A stretch of DNA of 60,299 nt, filler included, from 6 parts of 6 records of this genome joined end to end with filler, not necessarily neighbours in it; one strand, 5' to 3'; shown: positions 40,110-52,151, counted from the first letter of the whole stretch. Made by a program: numbers and translations. The notes: a model not told the origin generated them from the letters alone.

Positions 40110-43100
40110 ATGAGAAGTAAATTCTCCCTGAAAATAATAATAACATTAGTAATAGCAATTTTGATGGTTTTTTTATTCAATATTGATGGTACTATAATTA
40201 ATAACAAAGTTTATGCTGAATCTGTTACAACTCCTGAAGGTATTGTTTTTGACACAAATACAGGGGTTATAACTGGCTACTCAGGAAACGCTACAACCTT
40301 GGATATTCCTAGTAGTATTGATGGGTTTGCGGTTATAGAGATTGGCGGGGCAGCATTCAATGGGAAAAATAGTCTCGTCAATGTAAATATCCCTAATAGT
40401 ATTTCAAAAATAGATGCTGGTCCATTTAGACATTGTAGTAATTTGGAAAATATAAATGTTTCGAGCGAGAATTCCGCATATAAATCAGTTGATGGAATTC
40501 TTTATTCAATTTCTGCTGATATACTAATTAGATATCCAGAGGGTAGGACTAACAGCAGTTACACAATTCCGAGTTCAGTTTCTCGAATAAATGATTATGC
40601 CTTTACTAATTGTAATAACAATTTAGGAATAATAATCCCCAGTAGCGTTAAAAGTATAGGGTATGGAGCATTTTATTTTTGTGCTGGAATAACAGAAATC
40701 GTTATTCCTGATAGTGTTACAAGCATAGAAGAATATGCTTTTGCTTTTGCAACAACTTGTCCAGAGCAGATATTTCTGAAAAAGTAATTAAAATTGATTC
40801 AGGTGTTTTCTATAATACAGGTTTAACCTCTGTAACAATACCCTATGGTATAAAGCAAATAGGCTATCAGGCATTTGAGTCATGTGAGAATATAAGTAAT
40901 ATTCAACTGCCAAACAGTTTGCTATCTATTGGAGAAGGTAGTTTTTCTAACTGTAGCGGTATAAAAAATTTAATTATTCCACAGAGTGTTGAAAAGATAG
41001 GATCAAAGGCTTTTTCTGGTTGTAAGCTATTAAACAACCTTATTATACCAAATAACGTTAAAAGCATTGGAAGTTATGCATTTAGAGAGTGTGACGGTCT
41101 TACTAATATCACTCTATCAAGTGGTTTATCTGAATTGAGTGAGGGATTATTTGCGTATTGTGATAATTTAAGTCAAATGGCAATACCAGATAGCGTAAAG
41201 ACTATTAAGCAATTGGCTTTTCATTTTGATACGGGATTGCAAAATATAGTAATTCCAAATAGTGTGTCAACTATCGAAAATGTTGCTTTTTCAGATTGTA
41301 GTGAATTGAAAAGTGTTGTTATTCCAACTAGTGTAACGAGCATAGGGAGTGATACATTTTATAATAGCAATAAACTTACAATATATGGAGAGGTTAATTC
41401 ATACGCGCAAACTTATGCAAATAGTAAGGGGATTACTTTTAGAGAAACAGAGGTTCCAGAAGAAGGTATAAATTTAAAAAATGCAAGTTTATATATTAAT
41501 GATGATACAACTAATTTAACTTATCTAGAGCTGATGGAGTATATTTGCTTATCACAGGTTGCCTATGAGGGCTTAGATTTTTCTTTAGAAACTGTATCAA
41601 ATGAATTGTCAAATCATACAGAATTGCTTAATAAGAGAGTTTTTCTCGATGAAGGTGTAAATATTAAATACAGAGATTTAGTGGATGAATTTGTTGGTGA
41701 ATATGAAATAGTTGGTGTGGCTGTACAAGGAGGATATTTATTTGTTGATAAAAATAGTAATCAACTGTCTGATCTTTCATCAATTAATTGGGCAAACGGA
41801 TTTGAAGCGGTTGCATTAAAACATCCAACAGAAAATAAGGTAATAATTGCTTTTGCAGGAACAGAGGACTTATTGGACTATATGATAGACGGAGGTTTTG
41901 CATTATTTAACAAATTAGGCAACCAATTCGAAAGTGCAGAGGAGTTTAGCAGTATTGTAGAAAATGGGTACGGCGGCTACGAGATTATTTATACAGGACA
42001 TTCACTTGGAGGTGCCTTTGCTACGCATATGTCAATTTTAACAGGTAACAAAGCACATACAATTGATAGTGCAATGGGGCATACACTGGATGCTACATTC
42101 ATTCATAATTATCTCGAAATCAGCAATTTTGAAGGTATTGAGAATAAACAATTTAATAATTATACAGATTTGCCAGATAATGACAGTATTGCTTTTAGTA
42201 TTAAACCTTTATTGATAGAATATAAGTTGAAATCAGACTGGATTCAATATAGTTTTTTAAATGGGAAATATCACTTGGTGCCTTTTGGGAAAAACAATCA
42301 TAATAATGGAGGAACTGATACTCACTCAATCAGTTCAATCTTAAAATACAGTGATGGAGAATTTGCTTTTACAGAAGTTAAAGCTGAAGATGAAATTAAT
42401 CCATCATCCGCGCAGGTTATAAATATACCACAAAACTTGACAAAGCTACACCTTGGTACATCCTCCAATAACATCCTAAAGTCTGACTTTCTGTACCAAA
42501 ATAATATTATTTTTGGTGGATCAGGAAATGATACAATATATGGCACTATAACTTCGGATAAATTTGTCGGTGGAAAGGGTGATGATATACTAGACGGTAA
42601 TGTATATGGTGATGTATATGTATATAACAAAGGTGATGGTTTAGATACCATTAATGATTGGAGAGGTAATGAAAAAATTGTACTTTTAGGGTTTCAAGAA
42701 AATGATGTATTTACAATTAATGATTCAAGCACTTATAAAGCTATAATGTTTGAGGGCGATGAAATAATAAAAATATCAAAAAACAGAAGTAATACATGGA
42801 CAAATTCTGTAGAACTTAAGGTTGGAGATGTTACAAAAAAATTCAGAACTGGAATACATGGACAGATATTAGAGAAATTATTGCACAATGTCCAGTCAGT
42901 ATGGAAGTATACGCTCCGAATGGCGATTTGGTTATTAGATTAGTAAATGGACAAGAAGGTACATGGGTAAATGAACATGGATATTTTTATGTCAGTAAAA
43001 TCGAAGGAACGGATGATTTCTCTAAGATAGCTTATGTTATGGGAGATGACTACACTATAAAGCTTATAGGTGAAGATGGCGGAACAATGAATTATTCTAT

Positions 43101-44268
43101 ATCTGAACTAAATGATGAAGCTGAACCGATTAAAACAGTGACTTTTGAAAATGTTGCGGTTAAGAACGGTACAGTTGTAACGTCCAATAGTGCGGTTTCT
43201 GGTGCTACTGCGCTTGCTGTAGATTTTAATAATGATGGAGAAATCCAGATGCTTGCAGCATCAAATGTTGCAGATGCTCCTCCTGTACCTGCTATGGAGA
43301 GTAAAACCGATACTTCAATAACACTATCAGCAACTGTAGGATATGAGTATATGTGTGTTTCTAATGATGCTGATATATCAACAGGTATATGGCAAGTAAG
43401 TAATGTATTTGATGCTTTATCTCAAAGCACAGCATATGATTGTTATCAGAGAGTAGCGGAGACTTCAACTCTTTTAGCTTCACCGGCATCTTCCAAATTG
43501 GATGTCACTACATTTTCTACAAGAGTGATTACATATACTACAAATAATGGTGCTGGATCTGCAAGTGGAAATCATAGTCCAAGTAGTATTATAAGCCTTC
43601 ATAGTGGAGATGGGTTTTCGAATGCAAATCAAGTTATAGATGGATGGGTGATTTCGGGAACTGAATATAAAACAGGTGCGTTATTCACAATGCCTGAACA
43701 AAATGTTACAGCTGTCGCTAAATGGATTGATGATTCTGATAATGATGGAGTAAGTGACATTGATGAAATAGCAGTAGGTACAGATCCTAATGATGCCAGT
43801 GATAAGCCTCAGATTGGAACGATAACTGGTGAGGTTAATGTACAAAATGGTGATCATGCTGTTGGGTTTGAAGTTGTATTAAACTCCACGGCAAGAACTA
43901 CTGCTACAGATGCAAATGGTAGATTTGTATTCGCTGGTGTTCCGCTCAGTCCACATACTATCTCGGTGAGAAATGGAAATACTCAACTTGGAACATATGC
44001 ACTTAGCTTTAAAAAGGCTGGTATTAACTCAGCTTCTATTACTGACAATGGTTCGAATGACAGCTTTGGTAGTGCTCATGCTTCAGTAAATGCGAGCTTC
44101 TTGACATTTGATTTGTTAATTGAAGAGAATGGAGCAAATCAGTGGCAGTTAATGGAAGTAGGTTATACACAACGTGCAGATGGTACTTGGGTGAAGAATC
44201 CAAAGACTGGAATTGATGAGACAATATTTAGCAAAATATTTTATTGGATAATAACTTTATTTAGATAA
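40110..44268 (+). CDS. Large surface protein (BspA-type LRRs, lipase domain, RTX-like Ca repeats, DxDxDG motif, NPKTG end), split by two apparent frameshifts (~40750, ~42840)
   Basis: Signal peptide; IP.SV..IG..AF repeats continue across the first break; GHSLGG; GGSGNDTIYG/GGKGDDILDG; adding one A at 42835-42841 joins to CPVSMEVY. Confidence 0.78.
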
Positions 44269-44614
44269 AATACAATATGAAGGATGATAATTAAATACTG
44301 TTTATATATGCACAATATAAACAGCTGTTGAATTAATTACTGTTTTCTTTTTTGATAACATTCCGTGAAGTATCCAAGTTTAGTGTTTTTACTTTTGTGA
44401 CAAGGAATTGACTATGTTTGATTGACTATCCACCAAATTACTGTTTTGCGAATAGTTGAGGTTTTGATATATTAAATTCGGTATTTTATCTATAAAATTT
44501 TGTTGATAATGTGATGGTGTAAATATTTTAAGTTGCAGGTGGTTATTTGATATAATCACCTTTTTTCTTGTTAAAAAACAACGCAAAAATAAAAAAGCAA
44601 ATAATGAATAACTC

Positions 44615-44638
44615 AAAGCCGGCGATTGTCGGCTTTTG
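44615..44638. terminator. Hairpin at contig end
   Basis: aaagccggc-gatt-gtcggctttt. Confidence 0.55.
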
Positions 44639-44738
44639 NNNNNNNNNNNNNNNNNNNNNNNNNNNNNNNNNNNNNNNNNNNNTTAATTAATTAANNNNNN
44701 NNNNNNNNNNNNNNNNNNNNNNNNNNNNNNNNNNNNNN
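44639..44738. other. Artificial contig spacer
   Basis: N-ttaattaattaa-N. Confidence 0.98.
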
Positions 44739-45676
44739 GGCTGACGCATTCGGGCAGGCGCAGCGTAAACGCAAACTGGGAACCAACTCCTCTTGCTGTT
44801 GTTGAGAACCCGTACATTGATCATCATAATTCGATAGACGGAAGAAGCGGTCAGATAACATTTGCAACTGACGAGAAGATAGAAGAGATCATTAACGACT
44901 TTATAGAAGCTGCAATACTTGCAAAAGAAGCGGGATTTGATTCAGTCGATATCAAAGTCTGTCACGAGTATATACTTCGTGAATTGCTGGCGGCGTTCAA
45001 CCGTCCGGGCAAATACGGCGGCAGCTTTGAAAACCGCTCACGTGCACTGTTTGATATCATTCACGGAATACGTGCAAGAATAGGCGATGATATAGACATA
45101 TGCGTTCGTCTCAACGCATATGATTGCATACCGTATCCACACGGATGGGGAATGAAAAAAGAAGAAGGCGTGATGGAACCGGATGTCACAGAAACGATTA
45201 AGCTGTGCAACATGCTGGTTGAAGAGAATGTAGAGCTGATAAACCTCTCTACGATGATGCCTAGATATCAGCCGTATGGCAGAGGGTATTTGGCAGAGAT
45301 TGAGCAGTCTGACATACATCCGTATAAAGGTACGTATGACCTGCTTAAGGCTACTAAGGAAATTAAATCACAGGTTCCGGGCGGAGTTTTCGTATGCACA
45401 GGCCTTACATGGCTGGAGCAGTTCGGCGGAAACGTCGGCGCTGGCGGAGTTAACCAGGGCTGGTGGGATATCGCAGGCTTCGGGCGTCAGGCGTTTGCTT
45501 ATCCTGACTACGCAAAAGACATAATGGAACACAATATGATGTTCAGACAAAAGTGCTGTATTACGTGTGACAAATGCTATGACCTGATTCAAAAAGGGCA
45601 TACGATGACCGGATGCGTAATACGGGATCAGGAAGTTTATTTGCCCCTATATCGTGAAAAGGTAATGGGCAAGTAA
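44739..45676 (+). CDS. NADH:flavin oxidoreductase (Old Yellow Enzyme family), 5'-truncated
   Basis: AGFDSVDIKVCH upstream in frame, YGGSFENR, GFGRQAFAYPD, C..C..C tail. Confidence 0.85.
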
Positions 45677-45693
45677 AGAAATGGAGCAGAAAA

Positions 45694-46674
45694 ATGAAAA
45701 AAGTTAAATTCAACGGTACGGATTTGGAGGTTGCGCCGATATGTTTGGGGACAGTGAATTATGACTCGGCTATGTCCAAAAAAGAGTCAAAAAAACAGCT
45801 TTCGCAGTATGTGGAAAAGGGCGGTAATTTCATAGACTCGGCTCATATATACGGAGACTGGAACCCCGGCGTGTTGTGCAGAAGCGAGAGGACTATAGGC
45901 GAGTGGATAAAGGAGAGCGGCTTAAGGGACAAAGTTATAATCTCTACAAAAGGCTCTCACCCCGACTGGGGCAGAATGGATATTCCAAGAGTCAAGCCTT
46001 CGGATATCGAAAAAGACTTAGACGAAAGCCTTGAGTATTTAAATACGGATTATATAGACCTTTACTTCCTGCACAGAGATGACCCAGGCATTCCGGTCAG
46101 CAGCATAATAGATTATCTTGACAAAGCTCAGAAGCAGGGAAAGATAGGCTACTACGGCTGTTCAAACTGGTCGCTGAAGAGAATCAAAGAAGCTGCAGCT
46201 TATGCTAAAGAAACGGGCAAGCAGGGGTTCACGGTCAATCAAATTATGTGGAGCCTTGCGGACATAAACTTTATGGGTCTTCCGGACAAAACGTTCATTC
46301 TGATGGATGAAGAAACGCATGCCTATCATACTGAAACCGGGCTTAATCTGATGGCGTATATGTCTATTGCAAAAGCATACTTCGAGCGCAGGTACAGCGG
46401 AGAAGACCTTCCGACCGGCGTAACAGATGTATACGAGAGCGCAAGCAACGACGCTATTTATGAAAAATGCCTGCCGCTTGTAGAGAAGGGTGAGATATCA
46501 TATATGGACCTTTCCTTTATGTATATCATGGCAGAGAAGGCATTTCCGGCAGTTCCGATAGCATCGTTCGACAATGAGGAGCAGCTTGAGACGGGTCTAG
46601 CAGCTTGGGATAAGCCAATGCCCAGAGAATTGATAGAGCAGCTAAGTGCACTTAAGAAGTTTGTTTACAGATAA
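45694..46674 (+). CDS. Aldo/keto reductase
   Basis: GGNFIDSAHIY, STKG, SL..L.TDYIDLYFLHRDD, GCSNW. Confidence 0.92.
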   Translation: MKKVKFNGTDLEVAPICLGTVNYDSAMSKKESKKQLSQYVEKGGNFIDSAHIYGDWNPGVLCRSERTIGEWIKESGLRDKVIISTKGSHPDWGRMDIPRVKPSDIEKDLDESLEYLNTDYIDLYFLHRDDPGIPVSSIIDYLDKAQKQGKIGYYGCSNWSLKRIKEAAAYAKETGKQGFTVNQIMWSLADINFMGLPDKTFILMDEETHAYHTETGLNLMAYMSIAKAYFERRYSGEDLPTGVTDVYESASNDAIYEKCLPLVEKGEISYMDLSFMYIMAEKAFPAVPIASFDNEEQLETGLAAWDKPMPRELIEQLSALKKFVYR

Positions 46675-46761
46675 ACTGTACAGCACGGGGCTTTTGACTT
46701 GTGGCTTTACTTTGCGAAGCATAAAAGCGCTGCAAAACGGGAAGAGCATTCGGAGGGAAAT

Positions 46762-48021
46762 ATGAAGGATAACACGATACTGAAGGGATACGAGTACGCA
46801 AAAGATGTATATGCAGCTCACGGTATTGATATTGATGCTGCAATGGACAAGATAAACGACATTCCTGTTTCTATGCACAGCTGGCAGGGCGATGATTTGA
46901 TTGGATTTGACGGCATCGGAGAACTAACAGGTGGAATTGCCACAACAGGAAACTATCCCGGAAGGGCGCAGTCGCCGCAGCAATTGAGGCAAGACATCGA
47001 AAAGGCGATAGATATGATCCCGGGCGCTATCAAACTCAACCTTCATGCCTGCCACGGCGAAACAAAAGGCAAGAATGTTGACCGTGACGCATATACTATC
47101 GAGCACTTTCAGGCGTGGGCAGACTGGGCAAAAGAGCGTGGTATTGGGCTGGATTTCAATCCGACGTATTTTTCTCATCCTATGATGGATGGTAACTTCT
47201 CTATCTCGAGCCGTAATAAGGCAAAACGGCAATTCTGGGTTGAGCACGGTAAGCGTTGCCGTGAGATAGGGCAGGAGTTTGGACGCCAGCTTGGAAAGGT
47301 CAGCGTTGTAAACTACTGGATGCCGGACGGATACAAGGATATTACTGCAGATACGGAAATACACAGAAAAATAATGGTCGAGTCCTTAGACGAGATTTTC
47401 TCTGAGAAAATGGATGAGAATCTCGTTCTTGAATCAGTCGAGAGTAAGCTGTTCGGTCTTGGGGTAGAGAGCTATACGGTAGCAAGCCACGAGTTCTCAC
47501 TGCTGTATGCAGCAACCCGCAAAAAGCTATATTGCCTGGATGCAGGACACTTCCATCCGACTGAGACTATAAGCTCTAAGTTCAGTGCAATAATGCAATT
47601 CATCGACAAGGCTATGCTCCATATCAGCCGTGGTGTGCGATGGGACAGCGATCATGTCGTAACATGGGATGACGAGCTGCAGAATATAATGAGCGAAATC
47701 ATAAAAAATGACTATACAGATCGTGTGTTCATAGGGCTTGATTTCTTCGACGCTTCCATCAACCGCCTTGCATGCTGGATAATTGGTGTTAGAAACGCTA
47801 AAAAAGCATTGTTAAAAGCTGCGCTCAACCCCATTGAGCGCATCAAAGAGTGTGAAGCTAACGGAGATTTTACAAGCCGTCTGGCGCTTATTGAAGAGAC
47901 AAAGTCGCTGCCGTTTGCGCCTGTGTGGGATTACTATTGCCTGAAGCAAGGTGTGCCCATAGGTGATAAATGGCTGACAGACATCAAAGAATACGAGCAA
48001 GACGTGTTATTTAAGCGCTAG
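46762..48021 (+). CDS. rhaA: L-rhamnose isomerase family
   Basis: SMHSWQGDD, LDFNPT.FSHP, ESKLFGLG.ESY, LDAGHFHPTE, VRWDSDHV, GLDFFDASINR. Confidence 0.93.
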   Translation: MKDNTILKGYEYAKDVYAAHGIDIDAAMDKINDIPVSMHSWQGDDLIGFDGIGELTGGIATTGNYPGRAQSPQQLRQDIEKAIDMIPGAIKLNLHACHGETKGKNVDRDAYTIEHFQAWADWAKERGIGLDFNPTYFSHPMMDGNFSISSRNKAKRQFWVEHGKRCREIGQEFGRQLGKVSVVNYWMPDGYKDITADTEIHRKIMVESLDEIFSEKMDENLVLESVESKLFGLGVESYTVASHEFSLLYAATRKKLYCLDAGHFHPTETISSKFSAIMQFIDKAMLHISRGVRWDSDHVVTWDDELQNIMSEIIKNDYTDRVFIGLDFFDASINRLACWIIGVRNAKKALLKAALNPIERIKECEANGDFTSRLALIEETKSLPFAPVWDYYCLKQGVPIGDKWLTDIKEYEQDVLFKR

Positions 48022-48063
48022 ATACCAGACAGACGATAAGCATTTTTGAGGACGAAACATTCT

Positions 48064-48432
48064 ATGAAAGTATATGGAAAGAAAACTTGGCTTATACCTG
48101 ATATGTATTGGCCGGAAGTAACTTCTAAGGGACATTATGTCAGCCATGAGTCTATTTGCGTGCTGAATACGTCACAAGAGTATTGTGATATCACAATCGA
48201 TTTGTACTTTGAAAATAAAGAACCAAAAGCAGGTATAAAAAGCAGGTGTGAAGCCATGCGCACACACCACATCCGTATGGACGCACTGAAAGATGAAAAC
48301 GGAGAGCCGGCGGTGCCAAGAGGGGTTCCCTATGCAGCGGTATTGAACTGCAGCATTCCTGTCGTAGTTCAATATACCAGAGTAGACACTACTCAAAGCG
48401 AAAATGCTTTGATGACTGTCATGGCATATTAA
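48064..48432 (+). CDS. Sensory rhodopsin transducer (ASRT)-family beta-sandwich protein
   Basis: GKKTWLIPD, SHESICVLN, RT.HIR, VPYA, PVVVQYTRVDT. Confidence 0.85.
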   Translation: MKVYGKKTWLIPDMYWPEVTSKGHYVSHESICVLNTSQEYCDITIDLYFENKEPKAGIKSRCEAMRTHHIRMDALKDENGEPAVPRGVPYAAVLNCSIPVVVQYTRVDTTQSENALMTVMAY

Positions 48433-48540
48433 TAGTTTTGATCTTCCCTCTTATACAGTGGACATGAATCCACAGGCCCCGCTTAAGACATCTTTTGCGG
48501 GGTTGTTCAACTATTTATCTACATCAATAAAGGAGTTGGA

Positions 48541-49722
48541 ATGGAATTAAATAATAAGAAGGTTTGGCCCCGAATACTGGCAGTAGACCTGCTTATGCTG
48601 TGCGTTTCGTTTTCAATTGCGACAGTAGGGCAGATGAGAGATTATATAGAATCAGCTTATGGTCTAACAGTAAGCCAGGGAGGAATGCTGATATCTATGC
48701 AGAGCATAGGCGGTTTTGCTGTAACTATAATCGCTATTATTTTTATTGACTCGTTCAATACTAAAAAGCTCATAGTTTTAGCGGGTATGCTTACCGGCGT
48801 TTTTATTATCGCAGTAGGTATAAACCAGCCGCTTGCAATGTTATTTGGTGTATTCATACTGCTCGGGTTCTTTGCAGCAATAGTAAAAACTCTCGTTAAT
48901 TCTGTGATGTACCAAACTGTAAACGTAAACATAGAAAGACATATGACATTTTTGCATATGTTGTTCAGTCTTGGAGCAGTTGTTGCGCCTCTGGTCTCTT
49001 TTGCGCTATACCAGTCTCTAAGGCTTTTTGGAGCATTTCTAGTTCTCGGAGGCGTTTCGGTACTGTTTGCCATATATGCATTGTTTGCTTTTCGCAGTAG
49101 TTTTCCAAAAAAACTTATACAGGATGAGATTAGCGTAAAGCACCGTTTCTCGGAACTGATTAAAGTGATTAAAAAGCCGGGAATGCCGGCTATTACTTTT
49201 ATATCGTTTATGGTTAGTGCATGGCAGGTGGTTGCAATATATTCTGTTTCAACTTATTTTACCGGAATCAACAACAACGGTTCACAAGGCGCATTTGCTT
49301 TATCGATATTGTTTCTTGGAATGATGATCTCAAGACTTATATATTCAAGATTCGCAAACAAGTTTTCTCAGTCAAGAGTGCTTGCTATAGGTTGTTTCCT
49401 TGGTTTTTTGGCATGGACTGGAATGATGATAACAGATGGGTACGTTGTAAAAACTGTGCTGGTCGGCCTCACGGCAGTTTTCTGCGGCAACAACATGCCT
49501 ATTACATATGTCGTAGGCTGTAACATAGCGCCAAAAAACGCAGGCACAGCTTCTGCTATAATATCTTTTGGGTATTATCTGGCACTTTTCATTTTCCTGC
49601 CAGTTATAAGCGTAATTGGTGAGGCGACGAGTTTACCTGTATCACTGCTGATATCCGGATTACCGCTGATATTACTTGTTCCGGCGACGTTTTTGCTTCA
49701 TAATAGAATGAAGGCGTATTAA
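48541..49722 (+). CDS. MFS transporter
   Basis: About 12 hydrophobic segments; LH..FSLGAVVAP motif. Confidence 0.85.
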   Translation: MELNNKKVWPRILAVDLLMLCVSFSIATVGQMRDYIESAYGLTVSQGGMLISMQSIGGFAVTIIAIIFIDSFNTKKLIVLAGMLTGVFIIAVGINQPLAMLFGVFILLGFFAAIVKTLVNSVMYQTVNVNIERHMTFLHMLFSLGAVVAPLVSFALYQSLRLFGAFLVLGGVSVLFAIYALFAFRSSFPKKLIQDEISVKHRFSELIKVIKKPGMPAITFISFMVSAWQVVAIYSVSTYFTGINNNGSQGAFALSILFLGMMISRLIYSRFANKFSQSRVLAIGCFLGFLAWTGMMITDGYVVKTVLVGLTAVFCGNNMPITYVVGCNIAPKNAGTASAIISFGYYLALFIFLPVISVIGEATSLPVSLLISGLPLILLVPATFLLHNRMKAY

Positions 49723-49751
49723 GTTAAAATATAATTATAAAAGGAATTAAT

Positions 49752-50588
49752 ATGAAAAGTTATACACTTGGCGTTTATGAGAAAGCATTTCCCAAAGAGC
49801 TAAGTTTTAGTGAAAAATTGAGTGCTGCAAAGCAGGCGGGATTTGATTTTTTTGAACTTAGCATAGATGCAACCGATGAAAAAATTGCCCGGCTTGACTG
49901 GAATTCAGAGCAGATATTCAAGCTCCGGCAGACAAGTGAGAGCGTCAAACTGCCTATATCTACGATGTGCTTGTCCGGAGTGCGCCGTTTCCCTATAGGA
50001 AGCGACCGTGATGGCATTGCGGACAAAGGGGTAGGGATAGTTAAAAAAGCCGTCGATTTTTCTTTAAAACTGGGTATCCGCATTGTACAGGTGGGCGGGT
50101 TCGATGTTAACGACGATTATCCTTCGACTGCGACTTCAAAAGAAAGGTTTCTAAAGAACCTTCAGTTTTGTACCATGTATGCTGCGTCAAAAGGCGTAAT
50201 GCTTGGTATAGAGACGATGGAAAACGACTTTGTAAACACTGTGCAAAAAGCAATGTATTACATAAAAAATATAAATTCCGTGTATCTATCGGTTTATCCG
50301 GACACGGGGAACATAAGTAACGGGACTGATGATATTTACAGTGATATTCTCTGCGGAAGAGGACATGTTTGCGCTGCTCATCTTAAAGAAACAAAACCCG
50401 GAGTGTTCAGGGATCTAAAGTTTGGTGAAGGCAGTGTGGATTTTGACACAGCAATTCGGGCATACCGAAGTATTGGAGTTCATATGTTTAATGCCGAGTT
50501 TTGGTATGACGGAGGCAGCGACTGGATGGAACAAGCAAGGAAAGCGCATGATTACCTCGCTGAAAAGCTGGATGCTTCAGAGCGCTAA
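49752..50588 (+). CDS. ulaE: L-xylulose-5-phosphate 3-epimerase (UlaE/SgbU family)
   Basis: LGVYEKA, ELSID.TD....RL.W, MCLS..RRFP.GS, ETM, YPD.GN, HLKET.PG. Confidence 0.88.
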   Translation: MKSYTLGVYEKAFPKELSFSEKLSAAKQAGFDFFELSIDATDEKIARLDWNSEQIFKLRQTSESVKLPISTMCLSGVRRFPIGSDRDGIADKGVGIVKKAVDFSLKLGIRIVQVGGFDVNDDYPSTATSKERFLKNLQFCTMYAASKGVMLGIETMENDFVNTVQKAMYYIKNINSVYLSVYPDTGNISNGTDDIYSDILCGRGHVCAAHLKETKPGVFRDLKFGEGSVDFDTAIRAYRSIGVHMFNAEFWYDGGSDWMEQARKAHDYLAEKLDASER

Positions 50589-50639
50589 AAGAAGCCGGGT
50601 GATTAGCAATGCTGCGTCCACAAAAGATAGGAGAAGTTT

Positions 50640-52151
50640 ATGAAATATTATCTGGGAATTGACAATGGCGGAACTGTGTCTAAGGCAGTACTATTCAATC
50701 AAAAAGGTGAAACAGTGGCATCAGTTTTTGAAAACGTACCTATGCTGGCCCCAAGGCCAGGGTTCACAGAACGGAATATGGAAGCGCTTTGGGAAGCGAA
50801 TATCCGCTCAATTAAATCGGTGATAGAAAAATCGGGTGTGGATGCTTCCGATATAAAAGGCGTTTCATGCACCGGTCACGGCAAGGGTATCTATCTTTGG
50901 GGAAAGGATAACAAGCCTGCATATAACGGTATCGTATCTACCGATTCAAGAGCTTGGAAGATCGTTGAAGAATGGAAGAAAAACGGAATTGATGAAAAAA
51001 TATACGACCGTACATGCCAGGCGATTCTTGCATGCCAGCCGGTAAGCTTAATAAAATGGTTCATGGAGAACGATCCCGAAGTGCTTGAAAAGACAAAGTG
51101 GATATTCGAGGTAAAGGATTATATACGTTTTCGGTTAACTGGTGAAGCGTTCGCTGAGATTACTGACTATTCGGGTTCTAATATGATGAACATAGTTGAT
51201 GTGAGCTTTGATAAGTCGTTATATGAAGACCTTGGGATAATCAATATTTCAGATAAGCTCCCGCCTCTGAAACGTTCGGACGAATTGTGCGGCAGGATAT
51301 CTGAAGAAACAGCAAATGCAACAGGACTTAAGGAAGGTACGCCTGTAGCGGGCGGCATGTTCGATATCGATGCGTGTGCTATTGCAATGAACGTTATATC
51401 TCCTGAAAAAATGTGCGTTATAGCGGGGACTTGGAGCATAAACGAATATGTAAGCAAAACCCCGGTGACGGATAAAACGGTTATGATGAACTCACTTTTT
51501 TGCATACCTGGGTACTATTTGATAGAAGAATGCAGCCCGACTTCCGCCAGTAACAGCGAATGGTATATCCAGCATTTCATGCAGAAAGAGAAAGAAGAAT
51601 GTGAAGCCAAAGGTGAAACGATTTACGATTTGGCAGACCGGATGGTTCAAAGTGTAAAACCTGAAGACCAATCGATCGTATTCATGCCGTTCATATATGG
51701 CAGTAATGAACGTGATATAGCAAAAGCTTCTTTTGTTGGAATAGACAGCTATCATACAAAAGCCCATATCTTAAGAGCCGTTTACGAAGGAATAGTATTC
51801 AGCCACAAGACGCATATAAACAAACTGCTTATAAATAATAAGGGTGTAGAAGTCATTCGGTTTGCAGGTGGTGCAGCAAAGTCTGGAGTCTGGCCGCAGA
51901 TGTTTGCCGATGCGCTCCAGATACCCATAGAGATAATCGATACTGAAGAACTAGGCGCTCTTGGATGTGCGATGGCGGCAGCTGTAGCAGCGGGCAACTA
52001 TAGGGATTTTGAGCATGCAGCTAAGGACATGGTAAATGTAAAAAAGCGAATTGAGCCAAATAAAGCGCTTGCACAAGTTTATGAGCAAAAGTTTGAAAAC
52101 TACGTTGCAGTGGTAAATGCGCTTGATACGGTTTGGGAGAGGTTGGTATAA
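50640..52151 (+). CDS. lyxK: L-xylulose kinase (FGGY family, LyxK-like)
   Basis: GIDNGGT, GHGKG.YL, STD.RA, GGMFDI, AGTWSINE, SPTSASN.EW. Confidence 0.85.
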   Translation: MKYYLGIDNGGTVSKAVLFNQKGETVASVFENVPMLAPRPGFTERNMEALWEANIRSIKSVIEKSGVDASDIKGVSCTGHGKGIYLWGKDNKPAYNGIVSTDSRAWKIVEEWKKNGIDEKIYDRTCQAILACQPVSLIKWFMENDPEVLEKTKWIFEVKDYIRFRLTGEAFAEITDYSGSNMMNIVDVSFDKSLYEDLGIINISDKLPPLKRSDELCGRISEETANATGLKEGTPVAGGMFDIDACAIAMNVISPEKMCVIAGTWSINEYVSKTPVTDKTVMMNSLFCIPGYYLIEECSPTSASNSEWYIQHFMQKEKEECEAKGETIYDLADRMVQSVKPEDQSIVFMPFIYGSNERDIAKASFVGIDSYHTKAHILRAVYEGIVFSHKTHINKLLINNKGVEVIRFAGGAAKSGVWPQMFADALQIPIEIIDTEELGALGCAMAAAVAAGNYRDFEHAAKDMVNVKKRIEPNKALAQVYEQKFENYVAVVNALDTVWERLV

